Below, piece by piece: positions 36,967 to 54,471 of a stretch of 64,000 nt of DNA. The notes beneath the pieces are model-generated. The model was not told the origin of the DNA and made no database searches. It saw only the letters and a program-made list of their open reading frames with translations. Within the stretch, counting starts at the first letter, position 1; each line of letters opens with the position of its first letter. The DNA is from Phallusia mammillata. Taxonomy: Eukaryota. The stretch covers positions 18,104,001 through 18,168,000 of the forward strand of contig OZ281494.1 of assembly GCA_965637545.1 (NCBI GenBank), read 5' to 3'. A program made the translations under genes and the position numbers.

Positions 36967-38282
36967 ACAATAAAAACTGCTGGATGAGCAATACTTGGTC
37001 TAACATTATGCCTGGCAGCAATAGCTTATTTCAATGTTAGGGATGTTAACAAATATATCTAAGGATGTAAACAAATATTGCACTCTGATTCCTCTATCTG
37101 CCATAATGCTGTCTACGGGTTAAGAAACCTCTGAGACATTTTAGTATAGTACAGAATCTTCTATTACTAGCATATCACTTGTACATCCTCCATGAAAATT
37201 ACTTAGAAAAGTCACTAGCCCTTTTGGTAAAATTCCAACCAGAATCCTTATGGTATTTTTACATGTTGAAAATGTGGAATTTTGAGCTTTAACATTGGTT
37301 GGTTTTTTTAATTTTTGTGGCATCTAAAATAAGTCTGGTAGCAGGAAACTGCTGTTTAAATTTGGCGATCATTGATTGATCAACAACTTCTCGTGCTGGC
37401 CATGTATTTCTTTCATCTGATAGAAGAAATAAATTATCGGTTTCCACAACTTTTCAGTTTAAGGGTCACAACGCTTGATAGTCACCTTCATTTTCTCATG
37501 CAGTTGACTGTTAAGTGGAAATTTATGGCCACCTTTACTTTCCAGGTAAATTGGCACACAATAGTATTGTGACATTGTATGAGCAATATGATTAATTTCT
37601 TAAATTTTTCTTTCAAACGTTCGATTTTATCAGACAACAGTAGCCCCGCAATACAAATCCGCCGCTAACTATAACTGTTGCGTGGCGACATCGTGTGGCC
37701 ATTTAATATTTTAATTAACTGCCCCATTGTTTGCCTAATTTTCAAAATCTAATTATTTAGGAGTCACCTTTACTGAATACACTAAAATAAAAGCTAAAGG
37801 GCGTGTAAAAAATGACGATTTATAATGTGTCGCGCACTTCCTTCTGGAGTTTGATATTTCCGTGTAAATAATAAGTAGAATTAAAATTAAACATAACAGG
37901 AATTATACCGGTTTAAAAACTCCAAACCGGCTCGGACAGGGCAGGTTTTTCGAACTGATGTAGCCTATATATATACATGTATTGGTATAAAGATACGTAA
38001 TTATTTTTTTAAACCTGACACAAGTTTTCCGATTTGCTTTGGACCGTGAGCGCACAAAAATTTGTTGCGAAAAAAATAATCTTTGGGAACCACTGATTTA
38101 AACAGGAATTTTTAAAGCACATATATGTGAGTATTAAAGCACTTATATGTGCCGGTTGCTGAAATTTACTGGAAGAAACTGTGAACAATGTACAAACAAC
38201 ACAACCCCACCTGCCCGGTAAATAAAATCTACATTAAAGTTCAAATAATGTTGGGAAAGTCCCCTTTAAGTCCATGTCGTTT

Positions 38283-38649
38283 GGTAGATACTTTAACACC
38301 AAAAACTAGCGGCACTGGAGTCCGGTTCACTTTAGGTCAAAAAGGTAACGTCAGGTCAAATGTTTGAAAATGCATGTTTTTAACGTTATTTATGATTTTA
38401 AACCTTCACCTGACCCGAATAGCCCTCACCGCCGGCATTTTTACAAGTCTCCAAAAAAAAGAAAAAATTTAAACGGGATTTGAACCCAAAAATTATGCGC
38501 ATGAGGCATTGTTTTCTCCTCTACACTACAACAACAGTTGCATTCTAGTGGTTTAAACAACAGTTATAAACTATCATATACTATTTGTCATTTGACCTAA
38601 AGTGAACCGGACTCCAGTGCCGCTAGTTTTTGGTGTTAAAGTATCTACC
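38283..38649 (-). mobile_element. MITE with ~59-bp TIRs and internal tRNA-like segment (copy 1)
   Basis: TIR GGTAGATACTTTAACACCAAAAACTAGCGGCACTGGAGTCCGGTTCACTTTAGGTCAAA; the 7-mer GTCGTTT occurs on both flanks. Confidence 0.85.
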
Positions 38650-38663
38650 GTCGTTTATTTCTT

Positions 38664-39029
38664 GGCAGATACTTTAACACCAAAAACTAGCGGCACTGGA
38701 GTCCGGTTTACTTTAGATCAAATGACAAATAGTTTATGATACTTTATAAGTGCTGTTTAAACCACCAGAATGCAACTGTTGCTGTAGTGTAGTGGAAGAA
38801 ACAATGCCTCATGCGCATAATTTTTGGGTTCGAATCCCGTTTAATTTTTATCATTTTTTTAACTATTTTTTTGCAGACTTGTGGAAATGCCGGCGGTTAG
38901 GGCTATTACGGTCAGGTGAAGGTTTAAAATCATAAATAACGTTAAAAACAAGCATTTCCAAACATTTGACCTGACGTTACCTTCTTGACCTAAAGTAAAC
39001 CGGACTCCAGTGCCGCTATTTTTGGTGTT
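38664..39029 (+). mobile_element. Second copy of the same MITE in inverted orientation, right TIR truncated
   Basis: The whole body aligns with the reverse complement of 38283..38649; A box 38785-38795, B box 38827-38838. Confidence 0.8.
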
Positions 39030-39339
39030 TTGTGCTTTGTAGCTTGTAGGGCAAAACTTGTTAGTCCGTTTAACTTGGTCCTAGGCTTGTTTTTAGGGCG
39101 ATGTTTAATTGACATTCTTAACATAACGTAACACGATATTCTTCATCAAAAACATATGTACTTGTAAATAGCTTTTCAAATGTGTTACGGTCACAGATCG
39201 CTATAAACGAGTTATCTGTGTTCACAACATTCATTTTTTCTAACATCCATCACGGTAGTAGGTTTTTATTCAGATATATATTTATATTTTTAGAACTGCT
39301 ACTTAAGTGTCATTAGGCTATAATAAAGTAAGTTGCAAT

Positions 39340-45141
<5,802 letters not shown>

Positions 45142-46448
45142 CGCGGAACATATTTATCGTTAAAATAAATTTTGTCGTTTAACTTTTGTGTCTTGAAAGT
45201 AAACCACATAAAACAACTTAGGCTCACATGGGAACCCTATTGTTTGAACGTGTGTAGTACAATGTATTACCAAAATAAAACCTGTATGGCAGATTTTGTG
45301 TAAACTTAACGTGGCACATGTAAAATCGTTCCTTTTGTATGTAGCGATGGCGTCTATATTTACTCCGAACGCCGCAAGAAATACCAATGTCATTGACTCG
45401 GTTGTTTATGGATCCTCGTCCTGTCTGCTTTAACTTGTTGAACGCTGAGGCACGAAGCCGAACTTTAGATGTATTCTTGAATAAGTACGACAGCATGTAT
45501 CGCTTCCACACAATACAGTAAAACTCTGATCCAGTGAGAACACTGAACCAGAGAGAACACATTCTCTTTTTCTCTCTCTCTTCCCAAAACTGTTTAATTT
45601 CAAGGCGGAAAACAGCACTATTTATACTCCCACAATGCAACAGTAAACTTCTTCACTTTCATATAAATTACGTTTGGTAATGTTACTTTTAACTGGGACA
45701 TATTTGCCTTTTTCATATGACGAATATTCTTGAAAACGTGCACGTTGACGGCAGTGGGAACGAACAGGTATATCTGGCGAAATACAAGTCAAATTGTCTA
45801 AAAAAATATAACTTCACTGATGCGACCAAAACATGTACTGCAAGACCGTGTGAAATTTTTGTTTTATGGACTATTTACGTTTGATTTTGTTGCAAACGCT
45901 GCTGTAATGCAGCGTGCAAAAGTACAAGATGTGATTCGTGAAAAATGTTCGCTTACGGCCATTTACGTTTATTCTTTATATTGGCTGCAAACGCTGCTTT
46001 CATGCAGCGTGCAAAATACAGAAATATTGCATTTATCTAGTTGGTCTGCTACAAGTGCTTTCTTACCGAAATAAATGAATTAGCTTCAAATAATTTTGAT
46101 GACAAAAACAAACGATAATCCAAAATATTATTTTACATCGTTACATGCAACAGACGCATTGTTTTTGTTGCACTTTGGCTTCATGGCGTGGGACAAAAAC
46201 ATTTAATTCACTTAATATTCTATTTAATCTGTGTAAAATTGTCATCCTTCCAGTGGCTGTGCTAAAGTTGCAAACAGTGTCTCACAGACAAAATAAGAAA
46301 CAATGTGAATGTATTCCGAATAAACGAAGCTAGTCAGCAAGTCTTGTGGTTTGGTAATTAAATGTAAACATTATCTAAATAACATCACGAAGCTAGTCAG
46401 CAGGGACAAACGACATTCATGAGGCGAAAGTACAACATGGATACAAAG

Positions 46449-47390
46449 TTACGACTGGTTGTTGACGAACTTAAAAACACTTGCTTCATCCCTGTCCACC
46501 ATTTCTACTACGTCTTTGCCTGATTTCAGGTATTTACCTACCCTTTTCATTTTGAGCATGAATGTACCGTTATTAAGCGGCGAAACTGTGAAAACTGCGT
46601 GGCGAAGCGATTTGGAAGCTTTTAAGTCTTTGGTGTCGATTAGAACCAGTTTGTCATGGCTGACGAATCTTCGCAAAGAGCTCTCTGTGTGTGAAACCAA
46701 TGCCAGAACATAGAAGTTGCTTGAATCAAAAGACTTTAGACCAAACATTAAGTCATTGCTTTCCGCCACAGTGACGACAAACCAATGAGGACAAAAGAAC
46801 TGCTTGTCGCTGATGGCTTCACCTTCCGCCTTTAGCTTGTCTACGGTAAGAGCCTCCTTGGTCTCAACGTTCACCAGCCTAGCACGGAACATTTCACCGC
46901 TGTTAACCACGCTGTCCTTGCCCAAAGTTCTAAAAATCATGTGCTGAAATTCGCCAACAGTCAATTCTTCATCGTTTTCCTCTTCATCGTGTGGTGTAAC
47001 TTCACTTTGATTGTTATCTTCATCTTCCTGTTGGTTTTTTTCATCATCTGTATTTTGACAAACCAAAATTACTGGTTTGTCGGTGTTTTGTGTTGCATCT
47101 TCCTCATCTTCTACCACCTCTTCAAAGCTTTCTGATGCAACAAGAGTTTCATTTTGTTGCTCATCTGGATCGGCAAGACACGTTTCGTCACATTTGTGGT
47201 TTTCTAGGATAACAAGCTTTTTGTTATCGCACTTACAAGTTTCAACATGCACATTGCTTGGTCCCAGCATTGTAACACTACCATCTGTCAAGAAGTTAAA
47301 CGTAACTTCTTCAAAGGCGAAACCGCCGGAGCATCGGCATTGGCAGAAATCCATTACCGATTTTTGTTCCGAATGCAGTTCAAGCCCCAA
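46449..47390 (-). CDS. Leaderless protein with long acidic linker and C-terminal beta-trefoil-like domain (313 aa), protein D
   Basis: Single 942-bp ORF: Cys-rich N-terminus (FCQCRC), E/D-rich linker, then a ~145-aa beta-rich domain ending AVFTVSPL...FMLKMKRVGKYLKSG...EASVFKF. Confidence 0.7.
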   Translation of the reverse strand: MGLELHSEQKSVMDFCQCRCSGGFAFEEVTFNFLTDGSVTMLGPSNVHVETCKCDNKKLVILENHKCDETCLADPDEQQNETLVASESFEEVVEDEEDATQNTDKPVILVCQNTDDEKNQQEDEDNNQSEVTPHDEEENDEELTVGEFQHMIFRTLGKDSVVNSGEMFRARLVNVETKEALTVDKLKAEGEAISDKQFFCPHWFVVTVAESNDLMFGLKSFDSSNFYVLALVSHTESSLRRFVSHDKLVLIDTKDLKASKSLRHAVFTVSPLNNGTFMLKMKRVGKYLKSGKDVVEMVDRDEASVFKFVNNQS

Positions 47391-48048
47391 AAGTTTCTGA
47401 CCACCATTCTACATCTTGTCAGCTTTATGTAGCCAAAAAGAGCCTATTTGCTCAACGGAAACACGTCGTAAAGCATGTTTAGCGTGTCAATCGCGTAAAA
47501 GGATGTCACCTTAAGTACAACCACACGCCGTTTTTTATATTTTTTATTGACTAACTTGTTGTGGTCGCATATGCCGATATGACGTATGAACATATTCATA
47601 TTTTTATAGCTGCGCCCTAGCTGTCAAAGTAGTGATGTATTAGGTATGTGCATGGCTGTAAACACGTACGTCAGTAACACGTCCGCGAGACGCGCAGCTC
47701 TTTGCATTGCGTTTACGATTGTGATGGAGAGCCAAATTTAGAATAAAACAAATTGAAATCAACGTCTCTTCAAACAAAGTAGGCTACCTTTTTAAACAAA
47801 GTGGACTACATGTAAATTGCAGCTGCCTTATGAATTTTCACGACCGAAAGTCCCCTGAATTTTTCTTGTGAATCTAAATTGAAGTAAATATTTTGCAAAA
47901 ATTATGTGCATTTTAATAAAATGAAGCATTACAGGAACGGCACGCCCAAGTACCGTAGCACCAGGGGTGGTAGCCTGAGCCTATACGCTTATCTCCGACG
48001 CGGTGACATTCCTCTAGTCCAGTGGTTTGCCTCGACCTTCTGTATAGT

Positions 48049-48434
48049 CAGGGTTGCTATCGACTTGAAACCAAAAATAAGGACAACATCCGAAAAAATA
48101 ATTTTTCATGCGAAACGAAACAAACGTTTTTGAACAAATCTTTGCATTTATACGAGCCATGACATAATATTTGCAACATTTTGAGAAGAAACAATCTGTT
48201 CAAGCAACTAGTTGTCCGTAGAAAATACTAAGTGCATCTCACAACAGGCCAGGTCTAGGTTCGCTTCTACCTGTAGCAGGGATTTGACTATATGAATTGT
48301 TGAAAATAAGACAAAATAAGGACTACAGTCAAAAATAAGGACATTTCTTAGAAATAAGGACAATGAACTTTTCCAAGACATAGCCCTTCAAAATAAGGAC
48401 AAATCTTAGAAATAAGGACGGTATGGCAACCCTG
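48049..48434. mobile_element. hAT-type MITE with AAATAAGGAC repeats (copy 2)
   Basis: TIR CAGGGTTGC / GCAACCCTG; perfect TSD TGTATAGT; near-identical to 9638..10020. Confidence 0.9.
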
Positions 48435-48729
48435 TGTATAGTGCTGACATCGTTCTTATTTTAGTGAATTTTTGATGAATTGTAAAACTATAAAAGCAGT
48501 GGTACGCCACTGCATGTCAAGAATGGAAAGTGAAAGCAACAGGCGTGTCCATGGTTATTCTACAAGGATTAATAACTTTATTTTGCACCCCAAAGCTGCT
48601 TAAACATTTTTCTTCTAAGCTAAAGATAGTGGTATTTAACGTTTTGAAATGCATTTCACAGTAAACGAGTAAAATCTATTTAATAGAGGATTTGCATGAA
48701 TGGAAATATTCCTAAAGAACTAAATTTTG

Positions 48730-49251
48730 GGTGCCTTTGAATACTACAGGTGCGCTAGGTACGCTTGGTACCTCGCTGGGAAACCGTTTTTCGTGCAACG
48801 CAACTTAAAAGTAGTGCAGGTAACTCTTATTGGTGCGATTACACTCATGATAGGTAGGCTACGACGTAACTCGAAAATACTGCAGCTGTCCTGTTTTTAT
48901 GCGACAAATCGTAAATACTGCAGTTAACGTTAAAACACGCAAATAATGCCGGAAAAGTGTTACGATAGTCCCAACACACACCCAAAACCCTTAACCCTAA
49001 ACTCTAACTCTAACCTTAACACAAACCTAACCCTAACCTTAACCCAAACCAAACCTTAAAACCGGTAACTACAAGTTTACTACAAGTAACTACAAGTTTC
49101 TTCGCTTCAAAGAAGGTTACCTGCACTATTTACGGGCTTTGTTGCATTAAAATGAGTAACCTGCAGTTAACCAAGCGAAGTACCAGGCGCACCAAGCGAA
49201 GTACCTGGTGGACGAAGCGCACCAAGCGGACCTGCTGTATACGAAGGCACC
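48730..49251. mobile_element. MITE with internal degenerate (CCCTAA)n tract
   Basis: Imperfect TIR GGTGCCTTTGAATACTACAGGTGCGCT / AGCGGACCTGCTGTATACGAAGGCACC; hexamer tract at ~48985-49045; no clean TSD. Confidence 0.7.
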
Positions 49252-49854
49252 GCTAAATTTGCACCGAAACAATCGACCTTCAGTTTGGATGTTTTGTTGT
49301 CACACAATGGTTTTACAAATGTTTGTTTCTTACGTCATATAGTTGTTTTCTGTATAGTATGTAATTGTAATACATGTTAACTGGGATGGTAAATTTGCTG
49401 CAAAGCTAGAGATTGTCAGTGAAATTGTAGCTTGTCGTAGTTGAATAGCCCGTAAATATGTCATATTGAATCTTAGTTATGCAAAGTCAGCGTACTTTTT
49501 CTTCGCTCAAAACGCTATGCTGCCTAAATGCCGCGAAATGTTCAAAAATTTTGTAATATGAAAGAATTTTCTTTGTAACCGTAGATGGACGCAGCATTAG
49601 TTGTGAAAAAGCCGACTTGGTAATGAAGTCTTTAACAGAGAGACAGCACTAAAAATTCGGTCATAAAAAGTTTCTGTGGTGCACCCTCCTCTACGCCTGA
49701 GTAAGCGCCGACTTTGCCGAATAGTGAATCCAGCATCTAAGTACTGCTGTTGTAGATGCGACTGTTATTTGAAAAAGCATGATGCACTCAAAGCTAAAAC
49801 CTGATTTTTACTTTTCAAATAGATTTACACCTATTACGTTGTAAATGACCAAAT

Positions 49855-52800
49855 ATGATCTCACAAAAAGTGCTTGTTTTTGTTTGTGTGCTATTTGTTT
49901 CTATGGGTTGGTTAACTCATTGTTGGCTAGTACACCACACCACACACAGTTTCACATATGCAACTCAGAGGGGCTACATAAAACTTTTAAGACTTGAAAA
50001 GATTGAAAATCAGTTTGGAACTAGAGAATGGCGAGCATACCTGCCTGAAGTTGGCGATCTTCTTTCCAAAATCGAGCAGGGTATTGTCAAGTGGCCTGTG
50101 GACATCAAACTTACAACAGACCCTAAGTCATCTTTTATAATGTTGCGCAATAGCAACAATCTTAAAGTTGGTGATAAGTTGGCTGGTAGCATCCAAGCAA
50201 TGGATTTCCGTGGTAAAGCAAAAACACACGGCGGAGATCACTTTCGTGCCAGGTAAAGTTTTTCGATTTTGTGTTTTTATGGCAAGAACTCGCTTAGTCT
50301 CATCACGACATTTCTAAATCGTATTGCGCTACTTTTAGGTTTGGTGTGACGTAGGCTACGTTCAATTTTTGGTGCATTTTTGGACATCTACGTTGAATTT
50401 TTGGTGCATTTTTGGACATCAGGAGCGAAAGCAGAATTTACAAACTTACAAGAGTGGCTGTATACTTGTTTCTTATGTTTTGATTTTTTTAATTCAAGTA
50501 ACTCTTGGATGTCCGCGAATTTTATGTGGGCACAGCAGCTTAGCAAAACAAAACTTAAAACGAAATGGTACAAAAATACCGTCGAGTAAACAAACCAAGA
50601 CATCAGTCGCAGTTGTAAAACACGCTAAGACAATTTGTTTTTAAACATTTACTTTGTTTATTTATACAACACAAGCGAATATATACAAATCTCCTTTTTA
50701 GATTTATTTAGCAATTAAAAGTGTAAAACAAACAAATTACTGATAACGCAATAAACGGTGGTTACGCAGTGTAGTTGCACATACTGTCAGATAATAGGTT
50801 GCAAAAGTTAGTTGTGGTTAAATGAACCTGGAGGTGTAACACACCGCAATCACACGTGTGACCCGGAACCTAGTAATTACAATTTTTAAGTACCACAGCT
50901 ATTTCCCGCTGTACATTAGTTATCGCTGTCACGGCGAAATAAAATCAATGTATTGCATTTACTTATAAATCAGTTTTTGTCTTGAAAACAGTGACAGATA
51001 AATCGCTTGGAACGATAGTAAGTTCCAAATACTCGGTTCTCCCTTTAACCAAGACGTTATTCGCTATCCTGCCAAAATCGGCTATTGGACTGTTTTTCTA
51101 ACATGTGTGGAGAAATACGTTTCAGTCTGAGAAAACAATCCTTCGATGAAAAACGAATTCAAAAACGAAATCAAACAATATAAAATATAATATATTATGT
51201 GTTGTTGTTTTTTTCAATCCGCCAAATTGCGTGTAAAATAGTACCAGTGTAAAGGTAAGCCGACCTTCTTGGCAAATTACATTATGAGCGTTTCAGAAAC
51301 CTTAAAAGTTCGCTTAAATGCAACAGCGTAAACATTTATATCGGGCCAACTGTTTTGTTTCTATTTAAAAGCCACCAAGCGGAAGTTTTGTAAATAAGGG
51401 ACATCACAAATATACTTTCGAACGACAATCGTGCTAATTTTTGCCACATTTACATAGACTTGTCAAACTCAATGAATTCGGACGAATTACTGAAGACGGT
51501 ATAGCAGTGATGGTGAAAGACAACATGAACGGTACTTACGCTTGGAACACGATTATTTCATGGCCAGGACGGAGCAAGCTAATAATTGAACTTGTTCACT
51601 CGAGCGAAGCGGTCGTGGATATGGTTTTGCAGACGGCGTCGCAAGAGAACAAACAAAGACTTTTTCTTGCACAGCTTTCAAATGGGGCAGCCGTCAACTG
51701 TGACATCGTATTAAGGTTTGGCGTGCTTAGTTTTTTTTATACTTTGTTTTGGCATTTTCGATAAGAAACGTTCGGTACAACGCAATTTGTCTGTCGACAA
51801 AATAAATAAGGGGCTCCTTCCATAAAACTAAAGTAAACCATTTTCTAAAAAAAACATAAAATATTGTGTACCCTCCACATGTAATAAGTTGCCAACTTTT
51901 GGAAAGTAATATGATTCACCACTCGATGTGTTTTACGCTGATAAACCCTTACGCAGAATATATTCAAATCTACTGTTGCGCTGTCTTTAAATATTTATAG
52001 AAAGCAAATTTTTCTTGTGAGTATCATCATTTTTTCCAATATCGGTTCTCTCACTTTTTTCGTGCTTACGAGCATTAAAACATAGCCTAGTAAGATGACG
52101 TGTACAGGTGGTGATGTCAAACACACAGTAGGGTGACAACGCTGTTCACAATCGCAAAAACATGTAGTATTTTTAAGCGTTGGCATAGTCTGTGGTAGGG
52201 TGGCATTGAGACCATACTCTCACACATTTTTGGTTTTGTAACTCGATGTTTCAAATCAACTGATATAGAGGCACAGCAGTTTTGCCCCTTCGCTTTTTCC
52301 TCCAAAAAAAATCTGTGCCTCTCTAAAAATTACTTGCGGATAAATATTTTATTATGTCATTGAAGGTAAACGTACATCAGTCAAACGGAATTTGCATTTC
52401 CCTGCATATTGCATCCAAATATTTATACTTTTAAAGCCTAATGTTGAATACTAATACTTGTTTTTATTGTTAGGGATAAGTCGTTAGCATGCGATTACTC
52501 TAGACCTGAAAACGGAATAACATGGACTTGTAAAAAAATGTCAGTTAACAGTTCATGTTCAGAGATTGTGATGAGAAATAAAAACCCACAAAAACCAGAT
52601 GGCCGCTTTGAAAATAAGGAATTCTTTCAAGAAAACATTACGTGGCAAGTCGAATTGAAGAATTCAGGACAAACATTTGTCGTCAAAGGTGACATCAGAG
52701 ATACGAAAAGCACTGAAAAATGCGATTTATCGACGGGAATGCGTAGTCTTATCTACCCAAACTATTATCGTCCCAGTGGATTTTATTATCAAGGAAGATG

Positions 52801-53479
52801 GATTTCTCTGCTTTGCGATAACAAACAGAGAGATCTGAAACGAGTTCAAAACTGCCTACAGAACACATCTGTTTATTTTATTGGCGATTCCACCATGAGA
52901 CAATGGTACTTTAGTCGGTTAAGGTTGGCTTTGAAAGTCGACGGATCTGCTTCAGATGTTAAAGGAAAGTACTGGTCTTTGCCCCAAAACTCGTTTAACA
53001 AAGAATATCATATCGAGTTGCATTACAGAGCACATGGAGATCCACTATATAACCCAGGTCCTCCTTCTAGTCGACCTTATGTTGTAGATTCACTGAAATC
53101 AATCACAGGCAACTCTAAAACAGTTGTTGTGCTGAACATCGGTGCACACTTTCTACTTTACGACCCTTCTGTCATACTTCAACGAGCAGCAGGGATAAAA
53201 AATGCGCTTATTGATTTGCACAAACGTCTACCAAATGTTAAAATATTCCTTCGTGGGTCGATTCGTTACAAAAAGACTTCTCAGCTTTGCCCAAGTGAAT
53301 GGTTGTACATGAGAACAGATCGAATACTTCGGTGGTATTTTTCTGATTTACCGTATGTTGGATATATTGACACTTGGGAAATGACAACACCGTTGCCCCA
53401 GAATAACGTCCATGCAGGTTCCGAAACTATTGATCAATTTATTTCTTTGTTTCTATCGTATACCTGCCCCGATATTTAA
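49855..53479 (+). CDS. NXPE: NXPE family (neurexophilin and PC-esterase domain) protein, copy A, intact
   Basis: Exons 49855-50252, 51458-51715 and 52474-53479 splice in frame. N-terminal signal-anchor; KTHGGDHFRAR, DNMNGTY, VHSSEAV, FIGDSTMRQWY and DTWEMT...NNVH motifs. Confidence 0.88.
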
Positions 53480-54471
53480 CTGTTTGCTGTGTTGAAAGTT
53501 TCGGCAGTTCTTCATCTTATTTGGTGTGATATGGTGGTGAAAAGGCCACAGCAAAGTATTGTTGAATGCAACTCTGTAACTTGATGATAATGTCCAGAGT
53601 AAATTGAAATGTTGGCGTCTGTGAGATATGTATTCACACATGAAGTATTTGTTTGGTTAGCTCGTCGACAAAATTGGTTTGAATTAATACATATATGTTA
53701 GTTTCGTTTAGAGATAGTTTTGTTTATGGCTGTGGACTTGTGACGCTTTCTTTCCAAATACATCGCGTATATTTTACGTACGCAATCAATACTAAACAAC
53801 TTAATTGCAGCGAAACAATATTTTTCACAAAAGTCACAACGCAGTCTATATGTTGTGTTTCGATATTTGTTTGCGACCTCCTTTTGTAGATTTTAATAAC
53901 GTACGTACCTTATTGTTTTAGAATTTGTTCGTCTATATCTAGTCGCACTCTATTAAACTGGGCATGTGTAATAGTCGCCTCTTCACATATTTTAAACCTT
54001 GCTTTTAATAACTGTAAAATATTTGGGTCTTACATATACATTTGCCGTGCGTAAGTAACGTGTAGCGTTTCTCACTTTCTCCGGTCTTGCTACTGGCCAA
54101 AACCAATTTTCCTTTAAAAAATCAGTGTTTATTTTCAAAAATAAAACTTGTAGGGTAAACTATATATTTTTGTGGTAATCCTTAGCATGAGAACAAATTG
54201 CGTTTGTCACGATTTCCGCACCAATTGTAATAGAGAAGTACCAGATACAAAGGTTCGCAAGGGATTAATTTGAAACAAAATGTTCTAAGGGCAAGACAGT
54301 CTGTTGCTCGTGTATTAAATATCATACCAGCGATTTAAAAGTTGCAGAGATGGAAAACATTGATTATTTATAGAGGCGTTTAGCATTTAATAGATTTTTA
54401 AACATCAAAAAGTAAACTGACTTTTTTCGTTGGGGTTTCCAACGTACATGTTGTTGAGTTGATCAACAAGC

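Larger units (their letters stand above)
35103..37002 (+). mobile_element. 5'-truncated Penelope-like retroelement (RT + GIY-YIG) with inverted 156-bp terminal repeat
   Basis: RT motifs QMYGTAMGSPVS...RYVDDTF...LPFLD...VYHKPT; GIY-YIG GVVYAIPCGECDEIYIGETGR. 35103-35258 is the reverse complement of 36847-37002. Confidence 0.92.
34900..37600 (-). pseudogene. ISL2EU transposase remnant, split by the Penelope-like element
   Basis: WPAREVVDQSMIAKFKQQFPATRLILDATK and STFSTCKNTIRILVGILPKGLVTFLSNFHGGCTSD lie right of the insert; HTASERINVKRVIGLL lies left of it. These are typical DDE_Tnp_4/HARBI1-like motifs. Confidence 0.8.
33208..37725. mobile_element. Decayed ISL2EU-type (PIF/Harbinger-related) DNA transposon
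   Basis: TIR GGGGCAGTTAA...TCGCCACGCAACAGTTATAGTT at both ends; AT dinucleotide on both flanks. Convergent remnants of a SWIM+YqaJ exonuclease gene (+) and a DDE_Tnp_4-like transposase (-) match the two-gene ISL2EU organisation. Confidence 0.85.

Noticed and set aside
38778-38845. Functional tRNA-Met gene
   Set aside because: The acceptor stem does not pair and the T-stem is incomplete; treated as a tRNA-derived segment in a MITE.
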